NCBI GenBank assembly: GCA_043228905.1
Contig: JBHGNT010000005.1
Coordinates: 6,820,001 to 6,884,000 of the forward strand
Length of the DNA stretch: 64,000 bases
Source: Azolla caroliniana
Lineage: Eukaryota > Plantae > Polypodiophyta
Reading direction: 5' to 3'
Position numbers and translations under genes: made by a program
The notes under the pieces: generated by a model
Seen by the model: the letters and a program-made list of their open reading frames with translations, nothing else
Databases searched by the model: none
What the model was told of the DNA's origin: nothing
In this document: positions 49,860 to 63,518 of the stretch, one piece after another
Layout of the letters: each line of letters opens with the position of its first letter
Numbering within the stretch: the stretch's first letter is position 1

Positions 49860-50992
49860 ATTATCGTCTTTGGAGGTCAAATATGACCTATGAGACCAAA
49901 AATATTACATTTCATGTGATACATGTGAAAGTGAGTAGTGAGTCTCGATGTTCAAGAACTTTACCAATGAATGTTGCAATCGACAGTGCACATTGTGGTT
50001 GTGAGAGGAATTCATGCAAGGATTGGGTTCGATCGAAGAGATGTGGAAATCATGGTCGAACATGATCAAAGATAGAGCATTGTATCAAAGTGTGATACTT
50101 GGACTCGTGGACTTGTTTAGGGCAAAGTGCGCATAGCCGACCACTCTCATCACTTGTGCCCTAATGTCGTGTCTCACATCGCAATGCATATGAGCTAAGT
50201 CGCATGGTGCATTTCCCAGATGTGCGGTTGGTCGAAAAACATTTGTTTGTATAGGAGAGAATGACTTTCTTGAAAGCTTCCCATTTGCATTCTAATGTGG
50301 CACCATGTTGTATCTTTGTCATTTGTAACATATCCTCAACCATCTTGGAATACATGGGCGCTCTCTTAAGGTTCATGCTCAAGTGTGGTTGTTTATTATC
50401 TTCAATAGCCTTCTCACAATCAAACCTATGCATACATTTGAGATCAATACAATAATGCCTATGATCAGATTCCGGTGTTCATTCACCAAGTGAGAATTTA
50501 TGTATACGATCCAAAATACCTTTGGAAAGTAGCACATAGTTAATCACACTATTTCCGTTGTGTTTTCTACATGTAAAAGAATTAGTGTTGGGTCATAGGG
50601 AAATACCATTTGTAATAAGTAATCTGGTACTATTGCACATTTGTAGGAGTAACTTCCCAAATTGGTCCGGATCTTTTTCATCGCAAGAAGAGCGGCTATA
50701 CATTTGTGTATCCTCTTGCATCCTTGAGATATGTGGCATGAAAGATTCTTGTGAATCAAGTTGGAAACTTCTTGTACGAGCATTCATGTCACCAAAGACA
50801 ATAACTTCCCCTTTGGATTTGAAATAAGCAATATCATCTTCTAGATTGGCAAAAGGTTGATCTTTATCCAAACATGCATAAAAGTTAGAATCTTGATGAG
50901 GAATGTAACATCCAACTACAAAAGTAGGCAAATCATTAGGTGTTTCTATTTTGAGCCATATGTAGCATTTATGTTCATCATTTTTTATGATT

Positions 50993-50993
<1 letters not shown>
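49860..50993 (-). mobile_element. Fragment of a non-L1 LINE (RTE/RTEX-like APE endonuclease and linker)
   Basis: YIWLKI...VGCYIP...IVFGDMNART...FGKLLLQMC...LLITNG...FTC...SVINY are endonuclease motifs of RTE/RTEX/CR1-group elements. Confidence 0.75.

Positions 50994-51088
<95 letters not shown>
50994..51088. repeat. (CA)n microsatellite
   Basis: About 95-bp CA run. Confidence 0.98.
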
Positions 51089-51091
<3 letters not shown>

Positions 51092-51157
51092 CGTAGAACA
51101 AGAAGCTATATTCGTGAAAAATATAATTACATCCAACAATAACTGAGTTACAAAAGG

Positions 51158-51455
51158 TGTCATGGAATAAGGAGAAACATGGATGATGAGACTATGAGTG
51201 ACGAGGCTATGACTGATATGAAATGAAGAACATGAGAGCATCATGACATAGATGAAGAAGGAGACAATATGGCCTGAAATGAGAATACTAGATTGATGTG
51301 TCAATGACTGGTGTTGAATCCCTTGAAAGGGACCAAGGACGTTACAAGTATTTATACAAGTTCTGAGATTGAATATCTCTAGAATATACTTGAGAAATAT
51401 CTCTAGAATATACCAGTCTAGAATATACCGTACAATATTTCTAGAATATACTAAC
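51158..51455 (-). mobile_element. Partial chromovirus-type LTR, interrupted by the Copia LTR
   Basis: Minus strand shows TATATTCTAGA repeats, TATAAATA, GGATTCAACACCAGTC and ends CATGACA. Same layout as the LTRs at 20492 and 40251. Confidence 0.6.
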
Positions 51456-51689
51456 TGTTGGGATTTCGGTCCCTCCGGATGGGATGATGAGTACCAGGCA
51501 AGGAAGACCCAATGAGAACCTCTCACCGGATGAAGGGACATATATGTAAATATGTTTCTGAGAACCCATTGGGGCTATATTTGTAAATAGTCCTAAAGTC
51601 ATATTAGTATAAATATGACCTAGGGCAAACACTAGTTAGAGTTGGTGCAGATCATTGTAAGAGTGGTTGTATTGTACGAGTAACTGTTG

Positions 51690-51745
<56 letters not shown>

Positions 51746-52719
51746 CAGAGTGAGTCTCTATTGTAACCATTCCCAGGCGAAGATTGTGAGCAAGAGGTCG
51801 TTGCCTTTGTGTTCCTTTTGATGTATTCTTCTAGACATAGTGATAGTTTGGAGCTAGTGGGCTCCCGTGGTTTTTCCCTTTTAGGGTTTTCCACGTAAAC
51901 ATCCTGTGTACTCTCTCTTGCTCTATTGTTTGTGTGTATATGTGCATTTCTTCCTATTCCCATCTTTCTGTGGTTGATCCTAAGACTCGGTTGTGGCCGA
52001 GCAATATTCCGCATATTCCTGTCAAATTGTTATTAGAGCAAACAACACAGAAAATGGAAGAATCTTTCGGCAGCATGTTCAAGCTCACCGGCTCCAACTA
52101 CTCAGTGTGGAAGTTGAAGATTAGGGACATGCTGGTGGTTAAAGATCTTTGGTTGCCGGTTCAGTTTGGGGACAAGAGACTGGATAAGATCGACGCCACG
52201 GTGTGGGAGGTGATGCACATGAAGATGATGGCATACATCCGGTGCTTCATCGACATGAGCATGTACAACAACTTCAATGAAGAGAGCAAGGCTCTTGAAC
52301 TCTGGGAGAAGATCGGTATCATGTTCCAGAACAAGAATGTCGTTAATTGGGTTTCCGTATTCCGGAAGCTAGTGCGGCTCCGGTACCAAGATGGCTCCAG
52401 CATGGCGGATCACATGAATGCCTCCAAGGGGATGATTCACTAGGCAACATCGTTGGAAATACCTCTTGCCGATGAGGTACTAGCATTACTTTTGCTCGGT
52501 TCCCTCCCGGATAGCTGAGACGTTAGTTGTCACTTTGGGCAACGCCGGCCGGAAGGAAAACAGTTGTCCCTAGCAGGAATCAAGTCGAGCTTGGTAGATG
52601 AGGAGGTGCGTCGGAAAGACAAAGAGGTGATCTCCGACCCCAAAGCACTCCTTATTGAATCGGAACGTGGAAGACAAAGGAACCAGAGTCCCCAGAACTG
52701 GGAAAAGTCGGGGACACGG
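51456..52719 (+). mobile_element. Ty1/Copia 5' LTR (51456-52024), degenerate iMet PBS and gag, interrupted at 52720
   Basis: TGTTGGG...GTCA; PBS TGTTATTAGAGC (about TGGTATCAGAGC) at 52028; gag MFKLTGSNYSVWK...LVRLRYQDGSSMADH...LLLGSLPDS. Confidence 0.88.
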
Positions 52720-53203
52720 TGTCATGGAGAAAACCGTCCCTAGGCTGAATTGGAGAATGATGTGCGCGAACCGGCTCTTGCACGCGGGCACAAGTTTTGT
52801 TGTAATGTACATATTTAGGTACAAGTTGGTTGATGTGAATATCCTAGGTCGCACGGATTTGATAGGTAGGAAATCGAGGCATATCTTTGACCGAAAGGAC
52901 AGAGAATAAAGATGATGTAACAAGTTGTAACGGCCTCCTTCCTTGGGCTATAAAAGAGAGGGAGAGGAATCATGAAAGGGGATTGTTTTTGTCGAGGACG
53001 AAGTGCTGTCGGACTAGGACCGAGCTCTTCCCCTCCTTCTTTCTCTGTATTGGCTCTGTGCAGGTTTTCGGGAGACTGACTTTGCTCTGTGGAACGCCCG
53101 AGTGCTTCCGGCAGAGTCTCCATCTCGCTCTTCTGTGTGCGTGTGCGTAGGCGTAGGAGATTTGTCGCTCACCGGTCTGCCGGTTGTAACCCCTTTTTCA
53201 TCA

Positions 53204-53243
<40 letters not shown>

Positions 53244-56200
53244 GCATTCGTCTCAATTCCGTTGTTTCATTCGGTTGCGGTTTCTGTGTATCTGTGTGTG
53301 TGTGTGTGGAAGCAAGACCATTGTCTTTCTTGCTCCTACTCCTGATCACTTACTCCTTGGTCCAAGATCCCCGTGGTCTTGCCTCATTCTATATGCACGC
53401 GTGTAACAACGCGATAGATTTGGTGAACCCAACGTGAAACGGGCGGTAGGGGAATAAAAAAGATGAGGGGAATAGAGCTTGTAGAAGCCATGGCTTCAGT
53501 TGTAGATCGATTAGTGAGTGCGCATGAAGGAACAGGTGCCCTTGATAGGGCTATTGAAGCAATCATTGCACGATAGGCCGGTTCGGTGGAAAGGACGCCA
53601 CGAGCTACTTGGAGGCCTATCGAGCCGAAATGGTGATGAGGGACATTCCGGAAGACAGGCGACTGGCCGGATTCCCTCGGGTGGTGATGCCGGGCATCCA
53701 CGCGGAGGTGCTCCATGTACGGGCTGAGAGCCAGACCTGGGAAGAGTTTGAAGGTCAGCTTCTTGAGAAATACGGGCTTGATGACGCGCTTCGGCTATCG
53801 AAGCAGGGCTTCATGGAATGGGTGGAGACCCCCGAAAGGGGAGAAATGTGTTGGTGCTCCTCCGGGAGTTTGAAGAACACTTCGCACGTCTTTCAGCGAT
53901 GAACCGGACCGTACTGGACACAAGTCGTGTCCTATTATTTGTTAAATCGGTGGACGTGAGGGACCGGGAGCAAGTGGGCCTCCTGCTGGAGACCGATAAC
54001 GGCCTAACGGCCTAACGGCCGACTGGGCCGTGATGAAGAGAGTCTGCGACCGTTTCGACAAACGATGTGAGTGGGTCGATAAAGGCTCGTTGGGGGCGGG
54101 CTCTATTGCGGCAAAGAAGCTCAAGGTACCCCCACCGACGCGAAGGGAGGAGACCCGAGACTGGCTCGAGGCCGGCTCGACTTCGACCAGCGTGGTCAAA
54201 GGCCCGTCCGGAGGAGCGGCTCTAAAGGAGTTGACTCAGATGGTGAGGGACCTCCAGATTGCACAAGCATGGAGGGACGACGACGAACTAGACCGTGACC
54301 GAAGGCCTCCGGCTAGGCATTAGTGCTTGTGGTGTGACGCGGTCGGCCACACCCGTAAGGACTGCGGGGACTTCGCCGAAGCGATAAGGGCCAATGTGGT
54401 GTACTTGTGGAATGGGCGGGTACACGCTAGCGAAACCCGGAGGGCCCTAGATTTGAACGTCGGATGAGGGGGGATGAAACGACTGATGGAGGAAATGGCG
54501 GCTCGCCACGCGGAGACCATCCATTACTCAACGTCGGCGAGAATCCGGGCCGGGAGTGATGAAGTCCGGAAAACGAAGAACTCTGGGTTCTGGCCATTGA
54601 TGCTGGAAGGCCTAGCTGGCGTATGGCTAAGGAAAGAGGAAGCGGACCGCGTGGAAAGACGGCCGGGAGGTAACTGGGTGGAGTGACCTGGTCGAAGAGA
54701 AGACGGGCTTCGTGGAAGTTGCGTGCCAGAACTACGAGGTTCTGGTGGAAGACAAGCGCGCGGGAAAGACCGGGGGGGCTGGACCCTCACAACGGTATGA
54801 GACCTGGTTTGGGCCGAAGCAGAATGATGTCGGTGCATCTGGCGCACTGGACAAGGCCAAGACGGCCGGTTACCGGTTGAGCACAGAGATCGAAAGGACC
54901 ATGGACCTATGAAAGGTCCTGGAGCTACGGAAGTGGTCGGTATCGCCAAGAAGGAGTTCCACGACTCCGTCGTAGACTTGGTGAAGCGGAAAAGGCTTTC
55001 GATGGAGCCGGAAGCGGAGAAGCTGGTGGAGGTGCAAATGACGCACCTAGAAGACATGGCCCTGGAGGACGAGTTGGCGGAAAGCCACTACTCGAGGCTA
55101 CATTGGGTTAGGGCCACTATGGAGACCCCCTGTTCGGATCGGGGATGTCCAGGAGCCGGTGGTGGCATTGCTAGACCACGGTTCGGAGATCAACTTGATG
55201 TCCATGGACTTCTACAAGAAGGGAAAGTGGCCGATCAACACCAAGCACGGGTGGAAGATACGGGCAACAACGCGGGCCACGGAGGAGCTACACGGAGCCT
55301 GCCTAAATGTACGAGTGAAAATCGGCGATGTTGAGATCGATCAACACTTCTTCGTTCAGGAGACGTCCTCGCATCTGGTGATACTCGGAGAACCGTACAT
55401 CATGGCGGCGCGCATGGAGATGAAGGTGATGGACAATAGTTCGGCATATGCCCGAGTCAAAAGTCAGGATGGGCGTCACTCCATTCAGTTTTTGACGGTA
55501 CGACCGAACCACGAGCGTAATTGCGAGACCCTCGGCGACAGAAGCCGAGGGGATTTTTAGAGAGGGCTATCAAGGCGTGGGGACGCGATAGTCAGGACAT
55601 TCTGGAAAAACCCCACACATGTATAGTAGGCAGAAGAACCTGTAACATAGGTAGGAAGTTTTGGTTCTCCGATAGCGGAGGTTGTACGATAGCCGACGTC
55701 GTTGGCCGGGAGAAGAAGCGGGCAGAAGAGTGACTCAGGGCATGCAGAGTCCTCACCCCCGAAGAGGAAATCAACGGAGCCGTGGAGGCGGTCTCTCTTG
55801 ACGACACCTTGGGGAAGTTACGGAAGATGTTCGGAGAGGGCCTTAGTGAATACCAGATGATTCCAGTATGTTCGGAAAAGATGTACGAAGTCATCGCCGA
55901 TTTCGGTAGAAGACTCGAGTCGGCTCAGACGGCCCGAGTGGATACGAAGTACAAGACTGTGGATCGGAAGGTGAGGCCAATTGTGACACCCTTGCCGGAG
56001 GGCAACGAGTTACGGATAAAGGGGGTCGCGTCAGACCCAAGTTTATGAGATCCGGTTGGCATAGGACACCGATTCACCGACATAACGTTACGAGAGATCA
56101 AGGTCGGTGGGGGTGGCTTTCTACTGCCGGCGGAGGAGGACCGGTTTCGGAGAATACTCGGGAGACACGGAAAGTCCTTCGCATTCTCGCCGGAGGAGAT

Positions 56201-56884
56201 TAGGTGCGTAGATCTGACGATTGTGGAACCAATGGTGATCTTCACGGTATCACATGTACCGTGGAATCTCAAACCGATTCCAGTACCTAGAGCTCACATC
56301 CCAAAGCTGATGGAGCTGCTGAAACAGAAGGTGGATATGGGCATCCTCGAACCGTCGAGTGCCCCATATTCTAATCGGTGGTTTACTGTGCACAAGAAGA
56401 ACGGAACGCTGCGCTTCATTTAGGACCTGCAACCGGTCAACAAGGTGACCATTCGGAACGCAAGAATCAAACCGACCATAGACGAGTACGTGGAGGCCTT
56501 CGCTGGAAGGTCAATTTTCTCGGTCGGTGATCTGTACTCAGGATACGATCAGTTCCTGCTAGCTGTGGAGAGCAGGGACATTACGACGATGCAAACTCCT
56601 CTCGGCCTAGTACGGATGTGTACCCTTCCACAAGGAGGGACAAACTCGGTAGCCCACATGGTGAACGCAATGAACAAAGTGCTAAGGGATTGTATCCCGG
56701 ACATCACCATGCCATTCTTATACGACATCCCGATCAAAGGATGCCCGATGGAGGATAAGGACAAGACAATTGGACCGGACGGATGCCGGAAGTTTGTGGC
56801 GGTCCACGTCGATGACTGATAAAAGGTGCTGCAAAGACTAGAGGGCGCGAGGCTCACCTTCGGGCAATCGGAGATCATTGTCGT
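52720..56884 (+). mobile_element. Decayed Gypsy element with tRNA-Trp PBS (LTR about 52720-53416, gag, protease, partial RT), interrupted at 56885
   Basis: TGTCATG start; TATAAAA. PBS TGGTGAACCCAACGTGA at 53421-53437. Knuckle CLWCDAVGHTRKDC; LLDHGSEINL; HVPWNLKPIP; DLYSGYDQF; LPQGGTNS. Confidence 0.88.
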
Positions 56885-57367
56885 TGTTACCGGCCGACAA
56901 AGGAGTCCAGAGTGGGAAACAGAGAGCTAATTAAGTAGTAGGAATGTGGTTGTAATTAAGCTATGAGTGTGGACGGACGGACCGGAATCGGTATGCCGTT
57001 CCGGATCTGGACCGATCCCGAACAGGTGCGGATGGCACCGTTTTGTAATACAGACCGGAAACCTATTTAAAAGCCCGGATACAATGTAATAGTTAGCGGT
57101 TAATTAATGAAAGCTTAAGCATTGTTATATCTCTCTGTCAATTGCCGTTCTGTCTTAATTGTTATATCTTACACGTGTTATGAAGACGATCCTAATAAGT
57201 AACTTAACTAAGTCGGATTAAGCGTTGAAGTCTAATCCGGTTGCCGTAACACCCTTTGGTGAAGTGTCTCACGTAGACACCCTGTGTTAGGCCATTGTCC
57301 GGCCCGAAGAGTTAACACAGTTTTTGGCGACCACGATTCCTGTTTTTGCAGCGAACGACGGCACGGA

Positions 57368-60300
57368 TGGATGTCTAGATCAACGCACGACCTGGTTACA
57401 GATCGAACTAGACGCCTTGCCGAAAGGCAAAGGAGACGCGAGGCTTTCCAGAAAGCGGCGCAGGAAATTAGAGCGGATCGCTCGTTTTCCAACGTAATCC
57501 GGAGAGTAGCGGAGGACTCCCACTGGTTACAGCAAACATCGCACCCGGACGACGGCAGCAGCCTAAGCAGCCTCCGAGAAACCGAATCCCTTCTCCACGC
57601 GTTGGCAAACGGAGAAGGCGAAGCAGAGGCCTTTTCAGCATATGAATCGGACTCCGAAGGGGAATACAGCATGCACACGAACTACCGTAGCAGCAACGAA
57701 ACCCCGGGCGGACTGGCGGACGAAGGATCGGATACCTTACCGACACCGGAACCGGAACCGGAAGTGCTAACGCTGGAACCCTCGGAACCAGCAGAAGAAG
57801 AACGACCTTCGACACCGGAAGTCGAGGAGGAGAGGCCTCCGTCACCAGCGGAAGAGAAACAACCGACACCGGAATCAAATCGGGAAAGATCACTGACACC
57901 GGAGAAAATTCCGGAACGAGCACCAACACTACCAGCCCGCGCACCGATACTGGACGATGACATGCCGTTCCAATACTCTAAGTATAGAGATGATCCGGAC
58001 GCGGAAGCTCATGTGCACGCATTTGAACAGACATGGGAAGCCAACCATGTGTCCCAGCGACTGACACCGAAGGAAGAAGAACGCTCTAAGATAGCAGAGT
58101 TTGGCGTCACATTGGAGGGACCGACAGCAAGATGGCGCCGGACGCAAGACCCGTCTACCATCAACACCTTTGCAGATTTAAAAGCTAAATTCATGCATTT
58201 CTTTCAAAAGGAGGTGGACCAGACCGTAATGGTAGGCTTATTTTATACTATCCGGCAAGAGGCAGGGGAGAGCATTCCCCAATTTGTCATCCGGTTTCAA
58301 CGGATGCATAGTCAGCTTACCCGTGCACCCCCGGAGGAGGAATTACGGAGGATATTCCTAAACGCGCTCCGGGAACCCCTACGCACGGTTTGCACGGTAA
58401 TCGATTTCCGTACAAGTACCATCGACCAGGTCATTGACCGGGTGAAAGAGATGGAAAAGACAAGCTCCTGGCTCACACTGGGCGCACTTCAACGGGCGTT
58501 ACCGTCCGATGAAGACCTCCGGTTTCGGCAAGCAATACAGTGCACAACCTGCTTGAATTCCGGACACTCGGCTCTAGAATGCACTATGAGGACGCAATGT
58601 GTAATCTGTCAGTCCAAGAGCCATACGACGGATAGGTGCGAGTATAATCTGTTGACTCGGCAAGCACCGCCCGTCCGACAAATTGAGCCACGCAGCAGCT
58701 GGGATGAAGAAGACGAACGCTGGCGGCGAATGGACCGTGACCGACCGGCACAGGATGTCCGGTATGGCAAGCGACGGGAAAATAATGTCCGGTACGGCGA
58801 GCGACGGGAAAATGATGTCCGGTACGGGGATCGGCGAGATAACTATGACCGGCATGATCGGCACCAGGATTACAATAGACGATACGAACAGTACGACCGG
58901 GAACGGGAGGAATACGGCTGATATAACGGGCAACCCCGTCAAGAGTACCGTAATAAGAAGAGCTTTAACAAAAAACGGCATTTTAAAAAAGGCGGCTACC
59001 CCCGGGATCCGGAACAAGGCGCTCCAAGTAGCCAACCGGTACAAAACCCCGCGCGTACCGTAGGACCTGCCCCGGGTACAACAGACAATGCTGAATCTAG
59101 CAATGCCCGGAAAGCCTACTGCTACTACTGCAGACAGTAAGGCCATTATAGTAACCAATGCCCGGTGAAGAGCTATGAAAAACGACCGGCGGTAAATATG
59201 GTAGTCCCTGAGGTGGCAGACCTGCAGCAGGTGACCACAAGATCGAAGGGCATGGCCAAAGAATGGGAGACACAGGAGACCATCCGCAAACAAGCAACGG
59301 AATGGGTAAAGAAAGCGAACGAGCAGAATGTCACAGACTTACAGCAGCAAAAGGAGAACACCGCAGGGCTTGCCGGCGGTAGTCACTCCTAGAACGAGAC
59401 ATGGCAGGCGTTGCAAGAATGCCAGATTACGTTACCACTAGGAAGACTCCTACAACTCGTGCCTAGATTCACGGAAGGACTGAAAACAGCCATGACGGTA
59501 GGAGAACCATCACTGGCACCGGTACTCTTCTCGAATCCGGAGGAGGGAGCAACAGTGGTAGACACCAGCAGTCCGGTAATCACTGCCATTGTAAAAGGGA
59601 AAGAACTCCCCGGCACAGTTATAGACGGAGGCTCTGGGGTAAATGTAATAAGCCTCCGGACGTGTGAGGACCTAGGAATCCACGAGTGGGAGCCGTGTCC
59701 GTTCTGGTTGCGGATGGCCGATACAAGCTCAGTGCGGCCGACAGGATTAATACGGAAATTAGAAGTCACCGTCGGCGGGCATACATTTCACATCTCGGCC
59801 GTAGTGCTACAATTACAGGCACAAGGCGCATACCCACTATTGCTGGGGCGGCCATGGTTGAAAACGGCACATATCAAACAGAATTGGCGGAAAAATATAA
59901 TTACCTTCCGAAGAGGAAAAGCCAAGGTACGGGTACCAACACAGCCAAGGACGAGCACTGGCAAGGAATGTACACCGTTGTATGCAGAATGCATCAACAT
60001 GCTCGAAGGGTTAGCGGACGAAGAAGAAGCTCAATACCTGCAGGAAAACCCGAAGATCATACCCCTCTTCGAAATTGACATTGCCGAAGCCGTAGCACCG
60101 TATTTACCGCAACCGGAAGAGGCGGAAGCAGAACCGGATAAAGACGCAATCCGGGAGTTACGGCAAGCGCAGGAAGCGTTGGAACGGGAAATGGCCGTTT
60201 CACAACGCGTAAAAGCATCGCAACTGGAAGAGGTGAATTTAGGCACCACGGACGAAGCAAAACCGGTGCACATCGCCAAGGAGATGAAGTCTGGAGACAA

Positions 60301-63149
60301 AACGGCGATGATAACACTTCTCACGGAATTTCGCGACGTATTCGCCTGGTCATACGAAGACATGCGAGGACTCGACCCTCAGTTATACCAGCATCAAGTG
60401 CACTTGAGCAAGGATGCAAAACCAGTGGCACAAAGAAGGTACCGAATGAATCCCAATTATGCTGCCAAGGTCAAGGAAGAAATCGACAAATTGATAAGAG
60501 TTGGCTTTATCCGTCCGGTAAAGAAAGCGACATGGCTGAGCCCGATCGTAGTCGTACCGAAGAAGAACGGAAAAATTCGAGTTTGCGTGGACTACCGGAA
60601 ACTCAATGCGGCTACGGTAATGGATGCATTTCCACTTCCGTTCACAGATGGAGTGTTGGATGCCGTCGCCGGCCATGAGGTCTATAGCTTCCTAGACGGA
60701 TTCAGCGGGTATAATCAGATCCGGATGCACCCCGACGACCAGGAGAAAACGGCATTCGTCACCGAATGGGGGGTATTTGTGGCCGTAGTAATGATGTTCG
60801 GACTCAAAACGGCACCGGCAACGTTTCAAAGAATCATCATGGAAATCTTTGGTGAATATATACCGGCTTTTATGCAGGTTTTCCTTGACGATTTCGCCGT
60901 TTATAGCCGGGAGGAGGACCATTTTCAGCACCTCCGTCTTTGTCTAGAAAAGTGTAGAGCGTACCGGCTAAGCTTGAATCCGGCAAAGTGTGTGTTTGGC
61001 GTGTCCAGTGGAACTTTATTAGGACATATCGTAAGCCAGGAAGGTATAGTAGTCGACCCGGACAAAGTGAAAGCCATATTAGAAGCACCGGCGCCGGCAA
61101 CGACAAAGGCATTGAGCCGGTTCTTAGGCCAGATCCGGTGGCACAGCCGGATGCTCCGATACTTGGCCGACCTGGCTACACCATTGCATGCCACCGTACA
61201 TCGGACACCATTCCAGTGGACCGATACTGAGGATAGGGCGTATAAGGCCCTCAAGGTACTATTGTCGCAGGCACCGGTAGTACAGCCTCCGGATTGGAGT
61301 AAAGAATTTCACGTGTTCGTGGACGCCTCCGACATCGCAATCGGAAGCGTACTTATGCAGCTTACGGAGCCAAAATGGTATCGGCCAGTGTACTATGCCA
61401 GCCGGAAGCTATCCCAAGCAGAACGGAACTACTCTACTACGGAACGGGAAGCTCTAGGAATGATCTACAGTGTGACAAAGTTTCGGCACTATTTATTGGG
61501 AAGGAAGTTTTCCTTCCATGTAGATCATTCAGCACTCCTTTACCTGGTGTCCAAGGCGTCACTCACCGGCAAATTGGCCCGGTGGACCTTACTGTTACAG
61601 GAGTTCGAGTTTGAAATATTCCACCGACCCGGTATACAGCATGCTGTAGCGGATTACTTAAGCCGATTGGAGTCCGGAGAGACGGGTGATGGAGTACCGG
61701 ATGAGTTTCCGGATGCGGAGCTGTTTCGAGTTACTACGGAGACGGCAACAGATGAGACAGTGGCCCAGGAAGACAAGTGGCTCACAAATATGCACCAGTT
61801 TCTGAGCACAGGACTGCCTCCGGAAGAGCTGAACCGGGACGAACGGAAACGCCTGGCGGTACAAAGCCGACATTTCTGCTTACTGCAAGACACACTGTAT
61901 CACAAGGGAGCTGACGGCATATGGAGACGGGCGGTGCGCAGCGATGAAAAGGAACTGATACTGAGGGAAGGCCACTGCGGAGTTGTCGGAGGTCACTATG
62001 CCGGAGATGCGACAGCCAGAAAAATATGGCAAAGTGGCCTATGGTGGCCAACGACATTAAGAGATGCGGTACGGTACGCAAAAGAATGTGACCTATGCCA
62101 GAGAATAGGTCAGCCAACGGAGCAAGCTCGTATGCCACGCCAGCCGGTACTACCACTCGAGCCATTCCAAAAGTGGGGGCTGGACTTTGTAGGACCGTTC
62201 AAGCCACCGGCAATGAGAACGGGTAATCGGTACGTTATCGTCGCTACGGATTACTGCACGAAATGGGTGGAGGCCAAAGCTTTACGGGATAACACCGCTG
62301 CGTCAACGACAAAGTTTCTATATGAGTACATCTGGTGCCGTTACGGATGCCCCATTGAATTGATAAGTGACCAAGGGGGGCATTTTCTCAGACAAGTGGT
62401 GGAAAGCCTAACGACCTTCTATGCCGTGGTCCACAAACGAAGCACACCGTACTATCCACAGGCGAACGGACTAGCGGAATCAACAAACAAGACGCTCCAG
62501 AACATCCTTCGGAAGATCGTCAACGAGAACCGGACAGATTGGGACACAAAGCTACATAGCGCGCTTTGGGTACCGGACGGTATACAAAACGAGCATCCGA
62601 ACAACACCGTTCCGGTTGGCGTTCGGACTCGAGGCGGTCATGCCGGTAGAATTTCAAGTACCTAGCTTACGGATTCAGCTACGAGAACGGCTGAACGAGA
62701 AGGAGTCGGAGACAATAAGGTTGACAGCGCTGTGTGAGCTGGAGGAACAACGGTTGGCCAACATCCTACATTTAGAATTAGAGCAACGGCGACGGAAAGC
62801 ATTCGTCGACCGGCACAGGAAAGGTAACGAAAAAATGTTCGCAATTGGCAAACCAGTGCTAGTATTCCAAACCCGAATGGGCAAGATGCCGGGTAAACTA
62901 AGGTTTAGATGGACCGGACCATATTGGCTAACACGGGAGTATAATGGGTCCTACCAGTTGGGGACACTTGCCGGCGAAGTGCTGGGCAAATGGGTGAATG
63001 GATTCCGGTTAAAGGCATATAGAGGACCGATGTCTAAGAACCCGTTTGAGCAAAGGACCAACGGCAACCACGAAGACGGCAGAGACGGCAAGCTGGTAAC
63101 CGGAGAGAATGTGGCCGGTAAGGGTCCGGGAGGACCAACGGACATGTGA
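57368..63149 (+). pseudogene. Gag-Pol polyprotein with three nonsense codons (~58919, ~59138, ~59390) and a frameshift near 62570
   Basis: Track ORFs 57284-58921, 59165-59392 and 59411-62665 share one frame. Motifs: IRQEAGESIPQFVIRF, CCHC knuckles, VIDGGSGVN, VFLDDF, VDASD, WGLDFVGP, YYPQANGLAE, WTGPY. Confidence 0.92.
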
Positions 63150-63518
63150 CGTCACACTAATAATAATAATAACAGAAAAAAAAAAACAATCATGCAAAAG
63201 CGAGGAAGGAATGGATGAAAGAGCGTGGAGCGAAAAGGTACGTAGTGGGCATTTAAAGCGCCACCACAGGACAAAATGCTATTTTAAGTACGCGACATGC
63301 ACAAACTCGAAAAAGGCGCCAGAATGCACAGACAAAAACCATTGCGCGTAGAGACCCTCTATTTTCGCGAACCAAGGAGCACAGAAGCACTGAAACGCTG
63401 CAAGATTATCAGAAGAGAACCTGCGCACAGAGAACCCCCACCTTCTGAACTCTCTCTTTCTCAACCCCGCTCTCATCACCATCCATCCTCGCCACCGCAG
63501 TCCGACCCCGACACAGAA

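Noticed and set aside
58574-59293. 239-aa antisense ORF (and other antisense ORFs over gag-pol regions)
   Set aside because: Shadow frames of GC-rich, repetitive retroelement coding sequence.
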